From positions 46,626,001 to 46,690,000 of the forward strand of contig OZ076409.1 of NCBI GenBank assembly GCA_964187785.1: a DNA stretch of 64,000 bases, read 5' to 3'. This document shows positions 62,804 through 64,000 of this stretch, one piece after another; position 1 is the stretch's first letter; each line of letters starts with the position of its first letter. The translations under genes and the position numbers were made by a program. This DNA comes from Amphiscolops sp. MND2022. Lineage: Eukaryota. The notes beneath the pieces are model-generated. The model was not told where the DNA came from. It ran no database searches and saw nothing but the letters and a program-made list of their open reading frames with translations.

Positions 62804-64000
62804 CTGAAACATGATCACATTCATGAAAGTTGAAACCTCCTGGGTTAAAATCTAAACAAATCAAGTTTTGATTGCACGATCTTCGGCCTGGATTTTGACC
62901 TGGAACATTTTTACCATAACGCTTATCGGGCAATTGGGAAGTGCATTTCGAAAAACGGAAAAACTTGCCTTGTGAATAGAAACTTCTTTAGGGCTATATT
63001 TCTTCTGAACTTTTGACGCTAATTTTGAGGTCAATAGCTGCTCGTTAACGCGAACTATTTTATCCTAAAATGAAATGCTTGCATTTCTTTCAATCGAAAA
63101 TCTCAACTGAAAGTTTCAAAATACAAGTTGAATGATCTTCTGCCAAAATCAATTTTTAAAACATTTTTTCAATTAGTTGAAAGTAAAACATTTTAATTTC
63201 GATTAGTTGCATTACTTTTCATTGAGTGTCGCAATGTCAAATTATTCGGCTGCAATTAATTATTTATTCAATCCTCAGCAGCACTAAGATACTAAGATGC
63301 AGTACAACACGTCCTGAGTTGAGTGAGTTGTTTTGTAAAACGTAAAACGGAAGTTGCACAAATTTTTAAAAATTGTGTTTTTTGACCTCTCATTCATCAA
63401 AAGTGGTGTTTTCTGGATTACAGGTACTGGATATGATTCCGATCAATTACGTTATAAAATTCTTTTCATTCAAAAAGGGAGATGAATATAACACAAGAAT
63501 AGGTCTCCCAGGATCAAGGCGTGGTACACTTAGAAACTGTATCATGTTTTTGGACATTTTAAGATCAATATAATGTATTTTAATTCGAACGCAACTTTCT
63601 AAAACTGACTCAAATTTGCATGTAAAAGTTTTACCCAGAAATAAATTAGGAACATTTTTCGGAGTCTCTTCTTACCAGTATTTTTCGTTTTCGAAATGCA
63701 TCAACTAGAAGCAACTATTGGAAAGTATATCTTGTTTAGAACTGAAACTTCCGTAAGCTTTATCAGCTTGAGTGCAAGAAAAACGAAAAGAAAGTACATA
63801 CATACACGTGTTAATAATCTGTCTTCAAATCTCCCTATACAACGGCCTTACACAGGACATCACAAGCATGTCACAAACATTCAATTCGACGGAACAGCAA
63901 CTTCAACGACAGAACAGGAAACGAAAATGAGAAGCTTTTAACTTGAGTAATGGAACGGAAAGCTATTCACGCAGTGACTAGAAAATTGCATAACGAAGCA

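Noticed and set aside
62804..62933. N-terminal part of ORF 62475..62933 as a protein start
   Set aside because: It lies upstream of the acceptor at 62804-62805 and has no receptor similarity. The real upstream exons are outside the window.

Overview
AT-rich, repeat-dense animal (metazoan) genomic DNA with no prokaryotic features. The only host gene I can support is the 3' half of a GABA-B receptor subunit 2-like class C GPCR on the minus strand. Eight coding exons, several missing from the ORF track, splice together with GT-AG sites and consistent phases from 62803 down to the stop at 12560. They cover TM1-TM7, a long S/T/P/K-rich linker and a C-terminal coiled coil, and include a ~29 kb intron. 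One exon runs into a 200-N assembly gap. Almost everything else is transposon-derived: (a) a decayed BEL/Pao LTR retrotransposon (35-~7697); (b) nested hAT-type DNA elements; (c) two near-full-length decayed CR1/L2-group LINEs and one 3' LINE fragment; (d) Tc1/mariner-type and other MITEs; (e) two ~1.5 kb solo LTRs with perfect 5-bp TSDs that carry a long protein-coding ORF inside the LTR itself; (f) at least three related families of non-autonomous Helentron/DINE-1-like (HINE) rolling-circle elements sharing a subTIR + hairpin + CTTGTTT end. There are also local tandem duplications of 164 bp, 502 bp and ~2.1-2.3 kb. The best candidates for something undescribed are the coding solo LTRs and the multi-family HINE system. 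All alignments were made by eye and transposon boundaries without TSDs are approximate.
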